Under the pieces are notes generated by a model. That model did no database searches. It worked only from the letters and a program-made list of their open reading frames with translations, and had not been told where the DNA came from. A DNA stretch of 64,000 nucleotides. Source: Camelus ferus. Taxonomy: Eukaryota. This document shows positions 51,401 through 64,000 of this stretch, piece by piece. The stretch covers positions 75,394,001-75,458,000 of the forward strand of contig NC_045697.1 in NCBI RefSeq assembly GCF_009834535.1. The letters are read 5' to 3'. How positions within the stretch are numbered: position 1 is the first letter of the stretch; each line of letters starts with the position of its first letter. Position numbers and translations under genes: made by a program.

Positions 51401-53729
51401 GAGTTCCTCCTGAACCAAGTATTTTTAGCATATTTTTTTTTTAAGAAAATAGGATTTTATTTGCCATTAGGATATGATTTTTCCTTCCTAGCCATACTGA
51501 CTTCAAATAGTGATTTTTAAAAGTAAACAGTGGCAGTTCCTAATGATCATTTCAACTCAAGTTCATGAAGAAAATACAGAAAAAAATACTACACACTTAT
51601 TCTTAGTGAGAAAAGCCAGACAACATGTGAAAGGTAAAGCTTCTTCCTCTTTTAAGAACTCCATTTCCAAACTCAACCACTGACCATTCTTCATCTCTAA
51701 TACCCACAGGTGACCTGCGTGCTTTGTAGAGCCACGCTATGGAGGTCTTTGGTTGACCAGATATTTTAATACTGTCAAAAGACCACATGGCATGTGACAT
51801 TCCATGCTAGTATATTCTGACAAATGAATTTGCACTACAATAAAACCTCCTACTAAGGTGAGGAAAAAAAGAGAGATTATTTTCTTGGAGGAAACTGGGA
51901 AAAGGATTTTCATACATGGTGCTTTACTAAATTTTTTTTTCTGTTTTAGTATATTCTCTGCAATAGGATTTAACTTCCAATTGTTTAGGGGGGCTTTCAG
52001 CAACTCTTTCCTAAGTAATTCCAAGCAATTCCTTATAAATTAAAGATGAAAGCTCATACTGACTCTACACACAAACAAATCTCCTCACCCCTCTAAACTA
52101 TAATTTAGAACCCAGAACTCAAAGTGTGTGTCCTTTTCTTCCTGCCACTCTGGCTCAGAGGTGAGTGAATGTTGGCTTCAGCTTTCTATCTTAGAGTCTA
52201 TTCCTCCTTTTTCATCTCAGTTTAGTTGGTACCTCCTATGGGGGCAGCAGCTGAAATGTAGTTCTATCTCAGCCTTCCTCAGGCATTTGGGAGTTCACCA
52301 GCAGTAAGGGGAAAAACTCAGCAGCACTGCCAAGAACAAAAGCCAGAGGAATGGGGCCAGTGCCAGCAGAGATAAATCAGCACGCCTGAATGGGGGCCAA
52401 TGCCAGTGTAAGCAGCTGAGGAGAGCTAGAACCCCGGGGCACTGGAAGAGCAGATAGACCACAGTCAAGGGCCACTGCCAACCTGGAGCTCCAGAGGAGT
52501 GGAGAGAGCGAGCTCACTTTCCCAGCTGTCCAGATGGGATCACATCAAAGAGCCCGATGGAATTATTTTATTCGACCTGAAGCACCCTTCAGAACTGGAG
52601 CCAGGGCTACACTGTGGGTGCCAGTGGCACTTGACAGAGTGATCCTCAGGGAATCCATCCTCAAGACTAAATGAAGAGGCAGTTTTAGAAACTGCCATGA
52701 AGATCGTGGTGAAATAACCACAGCTGAACACTGCAAAGTGCCAATGTTACTGCATTGCTAAACATTACATTAAAGAACAGACGGTTCCAGCATCTGCCAA
52801 CAAGGAGCAGAAATGCAGCCCCCTGTTCTCAGCCCTCAGAACAAGACAAAGTAGACCAGAAAGGAAAATAGGAAGAGGTAACAGGTGGGCACATCCAATT
52901 TTTACATCACTTTAGGTGAGAAACGTCCCATGTTTACGTCCAACCAAGGGGATTCTCTTTCTAAAATGTGAGGTCCGTCTAACTGAAATAACCTCTAGCT
53001 ATAGGCAGCTATCCATCTTTACCTCCTTTTGTCCTGATTATCCAAGGAAATACATTTTAAAATATAAAAGAGATTAAAATTTTTATTTAAGATATAAGCC
53101 ATTATGTTTGGAGTATGTCTTGCTCTTTCCAAGAGTGACAATTACAGTGAATGTAATATAATTGGAGAAGAAAAACATGGAAATTCATTTCAAAGAAGAT
53201 AGCTGACAACATGATATCAACATATAAATCACCTCATTTTGATGCTGCCCTGTAATCTAGATGCTCTTTCCATTAAAATAGATTTAGGACAAGATGTAAA
53301 ATATATATATTTATTAATGTATGTTATTTTGCCTCAAAATTTCTTTATAAGTACATTTCTTTGAGCTGAAAAACACAAAAATGTACCACATTAAATAAAG
53401 AGATCATATTTTTTGCTTCAAACTTATCTTTATAATTTTAAAATCAATGTCTAAGTGGCAAAAGAGGCATAGAACTAGGATGCCACTCTGTGAAATCTGA
53501 GAATAAAGGTAAAACATCTAATTTACTTCTTGGCATTGAGGCCAAGAAAGATAAGGTTGGTATTTTTTGCAGTGCTTCTTAAATGTCATTATCATATCAC
53601 AGTCTTATTCAAGAAACTATAGTGACCTTAAAGTCCATGATAATTCATCTTAATCAAGTTGTATATTGTATATTTCCTTATCATTTTAAGATATATATAT
53701 ACACACACACACGTATGTATCTATAAAAT

Positions 53730-53935
53730 ATAAAATATAATACTCTCATAGTACCAGACACTCTTTTAAATGCCTTATAAGACTCAAACTCATTGTAACA
53801 CTATAAAACTGGTAATGTTATCATCAACTTCATTTTACATTATAAAGAAAATGAAGAATAGAGAATCTAAATAAGTCATCCAAGGTCACAAGGCTGTCAA
53901 GTGGGGGAACGCAGGCAATTTGACTCCAGAGATCC
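53730..53935 (-). mobile_element. MIR SINE
   Basis: gtaccagacact...cattttaca...aagaaaatgaag...ccaaggtcaca...tgactccagag. Confidence 0.7.
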
Positions 53936-53999
53936 TGCAGAGGTTACATGATTTGTATTTTTCTGACTATATCTCTAAATTATCTTTCCTGTCTAGTTA

Positions 54000-54500
54000 A
54001 TAAAGGGAACTTAGAATGATTTTGCTTTAGTTTCTCATATTTTACTGTTGTCTACCATTTAAATTTGACATTGATTTTGAACCCCCAGTTGTTATCCTAT
54101 CATCATCATCATTTACAGCCAGTGTTTGTTTAGATTTATCCATATGTCTACCAGTGTCTTTGCTATTGCTACTTGCTTCTCAATCCATTTTCGTGGGACT
54201 ACATTCTATTTGTTGCAAGATGCAAATTATACATGCTCATTCAGTCAGATTCTGAGGATTGTGTATTCTTTCAGTGTTTGTCTTTTAATTGCTTTCTCCT
54301 TTGTTTCTGAATAATAGTTTTGCTGGGTATAGAAATCTAAGTTGGGAATATTTTCTCTCAGTACTTATAAAAGATACTATATCACTATGTTTTGGTTCCT
54401 GTTGTTAGTGATGAGATGTCTAGTCCTCTCTGCCATTAGCTTGTAGGTAACATGTATTTATTCTTTAATTGCTTTTAATATTTTTAAAATATTTTCTTTA
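54000..54500 (-). mobile_element. Old L1 fragment
   Basis: tagttttgctgggtatagaaatctaagttgg...ttttctctcagtactt...cttgtaggtaac. Confidence 0.65.
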
Positions 54501-56234
54501 GTTTACTGACACCAGAGAAGTCAGACTCAATTTTCCCCTGTTTTCTTTCTCCTTTAGCTCCCAACAAGTGTTTCATTCTTGTTAACAGTTAAATAACAGA
54601 TCTAGGAATATAATAAGCATTAGCAATACTTAACATTTTACTCTCATGAATTTTTGTCATTTCAGCCACCATATAAATATAATATAGAAAATTCTTAAAG
54701 ATAAGGACTTAATTTTTACTTCTTTTGTGTCACCTAAAACAGAGCTCTGCATCCAATAAAAGTGTTTAATAAATGATTTTGGTTTTGCCATTACTTTTTG
54801 TTTGATGTAATTTTTTCAGGCTTAATTGTAGTTGATACCAGATTAATGTTTCCATGCTCTCTTATTTCCCTTCTGCTCGTTGCTAAGACAAGGAATGGAA
54901 ACCAGTGATTAAATAAAGGCAAAATCCTAGGGCTTACAGTTGAGGTTTAAGTAGAAGCTGCTTTTGCTCCCTAGTTTTCAGTTACATTATATAAAATCAG
55001 TTAGATCAAACTATTTAGTTGCAAACTCCCTCAAGTTCATCTAAAAAGCCAGTTTGATAAGATACAGTTTATAAAAACATTTTTATTCCAAATAATTCTT
55101 GTTCATCTCAGACCTCTTCTATAAGAGTAAATTCTCAAAAAGATGGAAATATTTTGAGTAGAAACTCTTCTGTACCCAATAAAGCACAAGATAATATCAA
55201 GGTGTTCTGCTGCCTGATATTTAAAACTTAGTGAGAAATATTGAATTATGACATTTTTGAGATAGGAATTTGAAGATCAATCATCACTCTGAAGCACTAA
55301 ATGGAAATAATCCATCTGGACAAATTTAGAGAGGGTTTAATGATTTATCTGACGTTATATGTAAAGCAAGATGATTCATTCTATTTAATTTTATTTTTGA
55401 CTTTCCCAGAAATTTTGTGAACACTGGTATGATTTTCTTCAAGAATCTGATAAATATGGGAAAGAATGACATAAGGTTAGATATTTTCCCTATTTTAAAG
55501 TATTTTTAACATAAACTCAAATAGAATTATACTGGACATAGTAATACATTTTTATTGGGCATAGTAAGGACTAACCCTTCTCGGTTACAAAAATAAAAGG
55601 GCTTCAATTGCATTCCTTTTGAATGAGAAAAAGAGAAAATTAAAGGAATTATTTATGAGGCCATTTTGGAAAGAATTGTCTAATATAGAACAAAGATAAA
55701 AAATTTCAGAAGCACTATTATACCCTGATAATTTTAAGATTCAGGGAAATGTGCTGAGTTATCTAAAAATATTCTAATATAGAAAAGATGAGTCAAATAA
55801 GAGATGTCCTGCTTTTTGGAAACATCTTCTAACAGAAAGTATCTAGCAGTTTCCCCAAGACAGCCCTTCACCCTCAGACTTGGAGTGAATCATCAGAGAT
55901 CATCTAATTTGGTCATCCCAACTTGTGGTCTTGGACCCATGTGGAGCTGTGAAATTTGCACAAGAGGAAAACCAAGCCATGCAGAAACCAAGAATTTCTT
56001 CAAGCAAAATCAGTATGTGTCATATTTACTTGTATGACTATTTCTGATGCATAGGCATGCATCTGTGACTGAGAAAAAATAAATAAAAGATTTCTGAATC
56101 CATAGGAACGATTGTCACTTTTTTTTTCAATCAACTGACATCAAAAGTATAATTTCCTAACATAGGGAAGGTTTGGAACCTTAAAAGAGGTAAGTGATGG
56201 ATCTATTTTTCCCACCTTCTCCACTTCTTTCAAG

Positions 56235-56372
56235 TGTTTATATCCACCATGTAAGCTCCATGAAGATGGGAGTTTATGTCTATCTTTGTTCACTGCTGAA
56301 TTCCTAGAATATGGCCTAACACATAGTAAGTGCCCAGAAATGTCTACTGAATGAATTAATGAATGTTGACTG
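56235..56372 (+). mobile_element. L2 3' end
   Basis: atgtaagctccatgaag...ttgttcactgctgaattcctag...cacatagtaagtgc...tgaatgaattaatgaat. Confidence 0.85.
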
Positions 56373-57019
56373 AATATCTTAAATCAGCAGCCCTAGATAC
56401 TAAAGAGCTCTGAATAATCAACACTAGGAAAACAAGTTACATGGAGGTTGTTAAGAAAAAGTCAGCCCTGTTGTCTTCTCTTTTTGGCAACCAGCTATAT
56501 TTTAGCTTAATACAGTTTTATGTGTGAGTTTAGAGAATAGCTGCTCAGATTGTTCATAATGTATTGCTTTTTTCATGCTGAGATAAAGACTTATTGTGAA
56601 ACAGATTCACTTTCTGGTGCTTTGGAGCCTGTCTGCTCCTGGGTGCCAGTTACACTCTGGCAGGAGCCTGAAGGTCTCCGTGGAGCAACTGGTGTCAGCA
56701 TCACATAAAATACGCTCCTGAAATGGATCGTTCTGCTGCTTGGGGAACATGCAGGGGAGGCTGAGCGAAAACAAAGAAAGGACAAAGCTATGACATCCAA
56801 AAATAAAATCAAAGGGGATCAAGTTAGGGTTATTTATAAATACTGATACTAGGCTCAGAAGTCTAAACACCTCACAGCTGTTCAAAATTTGAGAAGAAGA
56901 AATCACCATATCACTAACATCTCCTTGGCTGGGGGGTGTGAAGTCCAGGTTATCTTCTGTCTTCCGTCTACCCTTAGCAGCCCCTGCTACAGTGACTCTG
57001 TCTAAGGTCTCCTCTCCAG

Positions 57020-57260
57020 TTTAAAGTTGTGGCTGAGAAAGCTAACCCTGATGTTAGACCATGTGGGTCCAAGCCATGCAATTTCTTGGCTCTGTGACCT
57101 TGGCAAGCTATCTCGTCTCTTCAATCCCCAATTTTCCATTCACACAATGGGAAGAATAATTGTTCTTACATTCTAGAGTTGTGGTGAGGATTTAATGAAA
57201 TAATCCGTGTGAGGCACTCAGCCTAGCTTCTGACTTAAAAATTCTTAACAAGCATTTACA
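57020..57260 (+). mobile_element. MIR SINE
   Basis: ctctgtgaccttggcaag...aatgggaagaataat...gttgtggtgaggatttaatga. Confidence 0.8.
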
Positions 57261-60200
57261 CTACTCTCATAGTGTAAGAATAAAAAACTGGTTCCATGGG
57301 TACTACATCTAAAAAAGCCTCTTTCTAACTCCAGTTAGACCTGAAAGGATGGAATACAGGGAGTACTTATACTTCGTGGGCGATAGACACCCCTGTTTTC
57401 CCCTCCCAAAGCCTACATGTCACTGATTCAATGCTGCATTGTCTTCTCAGATTTGATATTTTCTTCACATTCCTAGTTCTTTTTCAGTGACAGTCGGAAT
57501 TAATCTCTGATGATCCTAGAATGAAAACTGATCATTCGTGACATCTGTAAGGAATTGTTTTTTCTGGGCTCCTACTGCCTAGAGGGTAGAGGGTGCCATT
57601 ACCTTGCTTTGTACCATCGTCCCCTTCTCAGTCTAAAGCTCAGTTGAAACCTCAGCCTAAATCCTGGACCTTTTTGTCCTAGAAAATCAACAGTGCTTCA
57701 TGCCACTTTGTGACACCCACTGTTCCTTTCATCTCTCACCACCACTCCTCTTTCTTCCCCTATTTTCACTCTGCTCTTTGCATTCCTGTATTTCACTCTC
57801 TTCTACCATGCCTTTCTCCCTCTCTCTGGTGTTCTCCTTTCTTTCCTATCATTATTATTTAACATTCCCACAGAAAATAACACTGAAGGATTATCTATAA
57901 AAACTACTGGGCAGTAATCTTTAACGTGGCCTCCACTGATGAACGCCAGAGGGTCCAGGAATGCTTTAAAAGTGTGTGCAAAAATAGTGTGTGTAATTGT
58001 GTGCATGCGTGTGTGTGAGAGAGTGACAAAGACAGAGAGGGACAGAGGCGGCAGAAAGAAGTGTGTGTGTGTGCACACTTGTGTTCCTGAAGAGAGATCA
58101 TGTGGTTTTCTTCAGATTCTCAAAAACTCTCTGATATTAAAAATTTTATTACCTCTGCTAAATTAATTTAAAGACTTTAGAATTGTTTTAATGTGTACTA
58201 ATCATTATATGTCAAGAGATAAAAACATGAAACTGATGAATTCTCAACAAGTATTTATGGTGCTAATGTTAAGGAAATAAGTGGATCTAAGCCTTTGTCC
58301 TCAAGAAGTTCACATTCTACCTAGGAAGAATAGCTAATTAAAAAAAATAATAACAGAGTATTTTACTTTTATTTCATTTTTCTTGTCATTTTTGTTAAAT
58401 TTTATGTCAATAAATAGTCTGTGCACTTAGAAGAAAGTTGGGAGGGATTGGAGGGTGGGTGAACAATGTTGAACAGTTGTAGGCATACAACAGAGGAACA
58501 GGGGAAAAGGTGATTTTCAAAACAAGGCAACTGTAGAGAAAACAGGAGTCTGAAGTTAGAAAAATTACTGTGTAATTACTGAAGAAGTGGCGAAGTAGAC
58601 AATTAGAGATGTAGGACCGAGGCGAACTTAGGGCAGTGGACACAGATGACTGGCAACCCCGCTATCAACAGTAATAAAAACCATCATCTAGGGAATTAGA
58701 AATAAATGAGTGGTCAGGGGATAGAGCCTGGCTGGTACAAGAAAGAAAGAACAGAGTAGGTCAAAGGAGAGTCTCCTTTACCTGCAGAAGACCTGAGCAC
58801 ATTTGCTCAGAAAGGATGAGTTACCAGCCATCACTAGTTTCGTCTTTTTGCTGAAACATCTGCCTTAAGAGAAGCACTGTGGTCGTTGTTCTTCTGATCA
58901 TAAAAGGAAGTATGTACACAGTTTTGAGTTACAGCTGTCCTAGGAGGCGGCAGAGACTACAAAAAACTGCACCTACCACATGTTTCAAGGTTCAGCAACC
59001 AACCACATGAACAAAGGAAGAAACTAATGACAATAACTCATGCACTGAAAAGACAAAAAACAAAACAAAACAAAAAATACAAAGAACTTCAATCACTGGT
59101 GAGCCCACAGGAGCAGTCTATAATAAGTCACTTGTCAGCAAGGTTTCCAAGTGTAAGTATACAGAAGAGCAGAAAAGTATACAAAGACAGAAAGAATAAA
59201 TGAGTTTTAATCACTCAGTCTAATAGGGACCCTTTTTTTTTTTTTGAGATTAAGAATTAAGGAATAGTCAATAATTTGTTTAGTGAGATAAAGGTTTGGT
59301 GACAGTGAAAAAAAAAAATCTGTTGACTGCTGGCTTAGTTTTATCAGAACCAGACCACCACAGTGGATATTCCAGCATTTCTGCTTGTGGCCAGAGCTCT
59401 GAGTATAACTGTTGGAATCTGCCACTGTTTTTGTGTGTAGGCTCTTATTCACATGTCTTGACGTTTCTTCCAATTTCCAAATTTATTAGGAGAGCACATG
59501 GCTTCCAAATGAGACCTATTCTGATCCTAATGACCACAGCTTTTACTCGTTAAAGCAACAAAAAGAACAGTATTCTGATATTTTACATCAGTAAATATCT
59601 TCTGTCCACACTCAACAACAACAAAACCGAAAAAAGAGATTTTCCAGTATCTGTATGGAAAATACCTCACATTGTTTTGATGTATGCAGGTATATGCTGT
59701 TAGGGTGAAGAGATGGTACAAGTGGTAGCTGGAGTCTTGTTTTTTGAATATCCTAATGTCTTTGGATGACTGAGCACTCATTCTGTTCTTTAACCAGTTA
59801 AAGGGAGATTCTTGAGTAATAATATTATATAAATAACTCCTAAACATAATCCAGAGCCTATCGGTTTATACAGTAAGTAAAGAAACAAACAAATAATAAT
59901 TGTGTTTTACCTCTCACCATTGCCTCATGGTCACAAGCCTCATGTCACCTAAGGCTCATGGAGGGCATGTGAAAATAGAGTATGCCTAGAATAGCTGCAG
60001 AATACTTTATGACAACCAGTGAGGGAAACACAGAGATCAAGCCAAATAATGCTAAGAACAGTACCTCTGGGCTGGAATGTGAATACTCATTAGCTGTTCT
60101 TGGCAAGCCTTCACGGCCATGACTTTATGGTACCCACTGGGGAGGAATGTGAAATGTCCAAAAATGTTCCCATAGTAATCTATGCCCAGAATGCAGTTAT

Positions 60201-61296
60201 TTTTAAAGAAAGGAACACATCCAGTTCAGTTCTGTATTCCATGAGACACACAGATTCCCAGGTTGGAAGGATGAAAGGGTGAATTCAATACCTGAGGCCA
60301 GATGGAATTGTGCCTTTCCTGAGCTCATAACAAACAAATCAATAAACAAAAGAATACAGCAAGCTAAATGATATTGACCTTGCCACAAACAGTCGTAAAG
60401 CACACATCAGCTTTATCCAAAATGGAGCGTTGCAAAATAACTGTCTCTGAGGACATTTATCTTAAACTTGGCAAGAGCACAGTGCCACAAGAATGGATGC
60501 TTGGTGTCAGAAATCACAGAAAGTACTGGAATATCTCAGAGGCAAGTAAACAGAGTGAGCAGAGGACCAGGGGGTGATTTGTGGTCTCCGTCTGAGAGTC
60601 TGTTCAGCCATTCTCTGTGGAGTTCAAGGTTCCCTGATTTCAAAGCCCAAGCGCAATATTCTATCACTGAGTCGCACCCCGGTGCTCAGTGAGCACGCAA
60701 TCTGCATTTCTCCCTGACAATCAGCAGGAAGATTCAGACAATCTGTTCAGGCTAAAGCCTGGAATGGCTAATACTTGTTTGATTCGCTTTGCCAAAGTGA
60801 CTGAAGAGAGTAGTGGCACAACATGATAGAAATCATGCTTGGAAAAATTCTAATTAAAAAAAAATTGAAGAATGGAAATCAGGAGAAAAGTCTGTTGAGA
60901 ATTCTATACCCAAACTGTAAGGATAGCATGAAATTTTTTTCCCCCAACTTTATGTTAACAAGGAGTGAATTATAATGTATAGAGCTGCCAATTACCTATG
61001 TTAGTGGAGCTGTATCTTTCAACTGGTCAGCCCAATGATTGGTAGATACTTCAATAGATATAGGCATATTGTGTCTAGAAAAGATTTTTAAGAGTCTTAC
61101 CTTCTTCTATTACCTAGTATTTGTAACTCAATGCTTGGAACAGAAAAGACACTTAAAAACGTTTAATTAATAAATGAAAGAATGAATTCTTGGAATCTAC
61201 TTGCTCTAAAAAATCTTTATAGGAGTTTTAAGGTCTTGTTTCCATCTCTATTCTTTCTTATCTTTCCTCTCCTCAAATTCCTAAAAGAAAGATGCC

Positions 61297-61338
61297 AATA
61301 AATAAACAAACAAACAAACAAACAAACAAATAAATAAA
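61297..61338 (+). repeat. (AAAT)/(AAAC)n microsatellite
   Basis: aataaataaacaaacaaacaaacaaacaaacaaataaataaa. Confidence 0.92.
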
Positions 61339-62399
61339 GTAATGAAAATTAAAAGTTTCAAGATAGAAAAATAAGAGAAGCAAAGTAAAAATATATTCCA
61401 CAAAAAAGAATTTGACTTTTAAACTTCAGTGGTGTCACTATTTCATTAAAATTAGGAAAACTGTGCCTACTGTATAAGAAAAAATTATGTTCTGAAAGTT
61501 TATGCCCCTTATAAAAAGAAAATACATGCATAGAATAAAATATTAGCTTAAGATCAAACATGATTACAAACCTGACTATTCTATTAACCTAGTGAAATTG
61601 TGTGTGAGAGAGAGACAGAGAGACAGAGACAGAAAGAAAGTGCTGTTTGTGTGCTTTCTTGATTTTTTTGTTGGCAACAGTCTCAACTATGCACTGGTTT
61701 CTGTATCCCCTAGTTTCCACTATCTGAATACAAATTATCGTTTGCATAACTTTAGGTTATTTTTGGCAACTCTCAATGCAATTTATAGTTGGAAACTAGA
61801 GCCTTTTTTGGTACCATTTTTTTTCCAAAAGAAAATAATACTGAATTTTCCAGGAAGGATTCCATTCAACAACCACCAAGGGTCATTGTTAATTGTTATC
61901 TATTTGGAACTTATGGTATCATATGGTCTCTTGTGGTTTTATTTTTCAACTATGTAGCTTCATTCCCCCTTCCTAACAGAACCTTAGTTTTACTTTGGGG
62001 AGCTATCTTTCCCAGTCTGTGAGCAATTAGGGTGAGAAGATAAATCTTGACCTTGTCCCATTTTCCCTCCAGACTTATTTTTCCAGTCTTTCCTCTTAAA
62101 ATCTGGTACAGTCAAGAAGAATGCAGGTGACTAAAACTTGATTAATGGAATTCCCTCTCTCAAGATGGTGAATTTTAAGTGGAGGAACTTAAGGACAGAA
62201 TAAATAGAGTTTTTTCTCTTTGGGGTGGAACATTTTTTATTATGCCACTCCTCTACCCATCACTTGTAGACTCAATGTCACCTCTTTTGTTTATTCAATA
62301 GTATTTCCTTCTGGTTTGCTTCAGCTGCAGACAGATGAGACAGTCATACTTCTCAGCTCAAAGCACATTATCACATTGGCCCAAGCACAATTTCTCCCT

Positions 62400-62860
62400 T
62401 GTCCATTTATACATTCATTCCTTTATCTCTTTGTTTTTGCCATATAACTTTCTTCTTTCTTCCCCTCTCTCCCATAAACAACCATTCAAATTTGTATAAT
62501 GTATGCCTTTCTAATTAGTTGAATACTAACAAAACATATTGATAGTTTGTATGCATGTGTTTTTAACTCACATAAATGAAATTATATAAATATATAATGT
62601 ATATATTTATGATTTTTATATTATCTTTACTCAGAATTTTTTTTAGTATCTACCTATGTAGCTATGTGAATGTCTAAGCTGATGTTTTTGACATCAATAA
62701 TAAGCATCTACTACATTATATCCATCTATTCTCTTAGAGATAAACACCCAAAATGACTTCACCTTCCTACTTCCATAATAACATTGAAATAAACATTCTT
62801 ATGGGCCTGAGTTCTTTAGAATATATACTGGATAAGAGGGTAGGCATATTTTTTATTTGA
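62400..62860 (-). mobile_element. Old L1 (L1ME-like) 3' fragment
   Basis: ctacattatatccatctattctc...aataacattgaaataaacattctt. Confidence 0.6.
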
Positions 62861-62879
62861 CAAGGCAGTAACATGTCAA

Positions 62880-63790
62880 CAAAGTTGAGAGCTCACTCTG
62901 TGCTAGACAGATTCAAATGCTGGGAATATCAATGAACAAAATTAAGTCCCTGTCCTCATGAAGTTTACATTTGTGAGGAAAAGACAGTCAATAAATAAAT
63001 AAGTAGTAGGACATGCAAGTGAAGATAATGGGTTGAGAGTATTACATGCTAGTGTACACAAAGTCTAGCATTCACACTAGAAGTTGGATTAAAGACATAA
63101 ATTTGAGATCCAGACATGAAACTAAAGTTACCTAGAAAGTTCATATAGATGAAGAGCTGGTCTGGGGATAGAGCTCTGATGCACTTTGACATTTAGAGAT
63201 TAAAAACATTAGAAGAAGCCAACAAAGAAAACCAAAAGTGAACTGCAGGTAAGATAAGAGAACCAAAAAGTAGCGGTGTCCCAAACTAGAACTAAAAAAA
63301 AAATAATACTGTCATGTTGCTGATTAGTCAAATGAGATAAGGACTAAAATAAATTTTGATTTTAAAAATGTGGAGGTCACTGGTGATGTTGATAATATGG
63401 ATACAGCTGTACTCAAACAGTGGAATGGCTTTACGAGAGAATTAAAGAAGACTTGGAGACTGGCTTCTTTTCAACATTATTTTGAGGAAATTTGCTATAA
63501 AGCGCAAAAGAGAAATGGGTTCATGGCTGGAGAAGGGTAAGTAGTAAAAAGAGAATTTTATAAGATGGAAGATATTATAGCATGCTTTCAGGCTGCTGTG
63601 AATGTCAAGTCAGGGTGGTGGAGAGATTAAAAATTATAATGCAGGAAAGACAGAATTCCTAAAGTCATTCTTAAATTGGTGAGAGGAGATGAGGTTTAGA
63701 ACCCAAGTGGAAAGGATGCCCGTGACGTGAAGATGGACAATTCATCTGTAGTAATAGGATGGAACAAAGAGTTTGGAGGTACAGATGTAA
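62880..63790 (-). mobile_element. L2 fragment(s)
   Basis: ctctgtgctagac...aatgaacaaa...ccctgtcctcatgaagtttacatt...gtcaaatgagataaggac...tggaggtcactggtga...gaggaaatttgctataaag. Confidence 0.8.
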
Positions 63791-64000
63791 GTGGTTGCGG
63801 GTAGGGGGAGGAGGAGGGACTGGGGTAAATATGGCGGTGGAAGTGGAACATTTCCTTTTCTATTTTTGTCATCAACTGGCCTCATTTCAACTATTCAGCT
63901 TCCTCCACCTTTACTCTTGCCTCTTTTAATCTCTCACAAAGCTCTGATGCCTCAGAATATAAAATGTCTGCACAGTGTATTTTTCATGTCTCTCTGCCTC

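Noticed and set aside
52100..52850. GC-richer stretch with a short duplication (aatggggccagtgccag / aatgggggccaatgccag)
   Set aside because: Probably an old LTR remnant, but I could not assign a family or boundaries
1..64000. CRISPR arrays, operons, tRNA/rRNA genes, CpG island, intact transposon or retroviral ORFs
   Set aside because: None seen; the sequence is mammalian non-coding DNA with only decayed repeats

Overview
AT-rich, CpG-depleted mammalian genomic DNA, intronic or intergenic, with no CpG island and no protein-coding gene I can name. Much of the window is decayed interspersed repeat: L1, L2, MIR, L3/CR1, MaLR/ERVL LTRs, and Tigger/hAT elements. I see no Alu, B1/B2, Bov-A/tA, PRE1 or SINEC. 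Two young 5'-truncated L1 3' ends with intact target-site duplications resemble cetartiodactyl, probably camelid, L1s; this is inference from remembered consensus. The listed ORFs are almost all spurious, and one is a decayed L1 ORF2 reverse-transcriptase relic. The unique DNA carries minus-strand splice signals compatible with the intron of a large, unidentified, alternatively spliced gene. The best is a 36-nt frame-preserving cassette-like exon at 4173-4208, and several ATG-initiated segments end in phase 0 at GT donors. It also holds small CpG-retaining motif clusters (IRF/ETS, CRE/STAT6/IRF, CTCF/HNF4) and a few inverted-repeat structures. I found no convincing novel biological system; the findings are testable leads. 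Repeat families were recognised by eye, and boundaries are approximate unless TSDs or TIRs are given.
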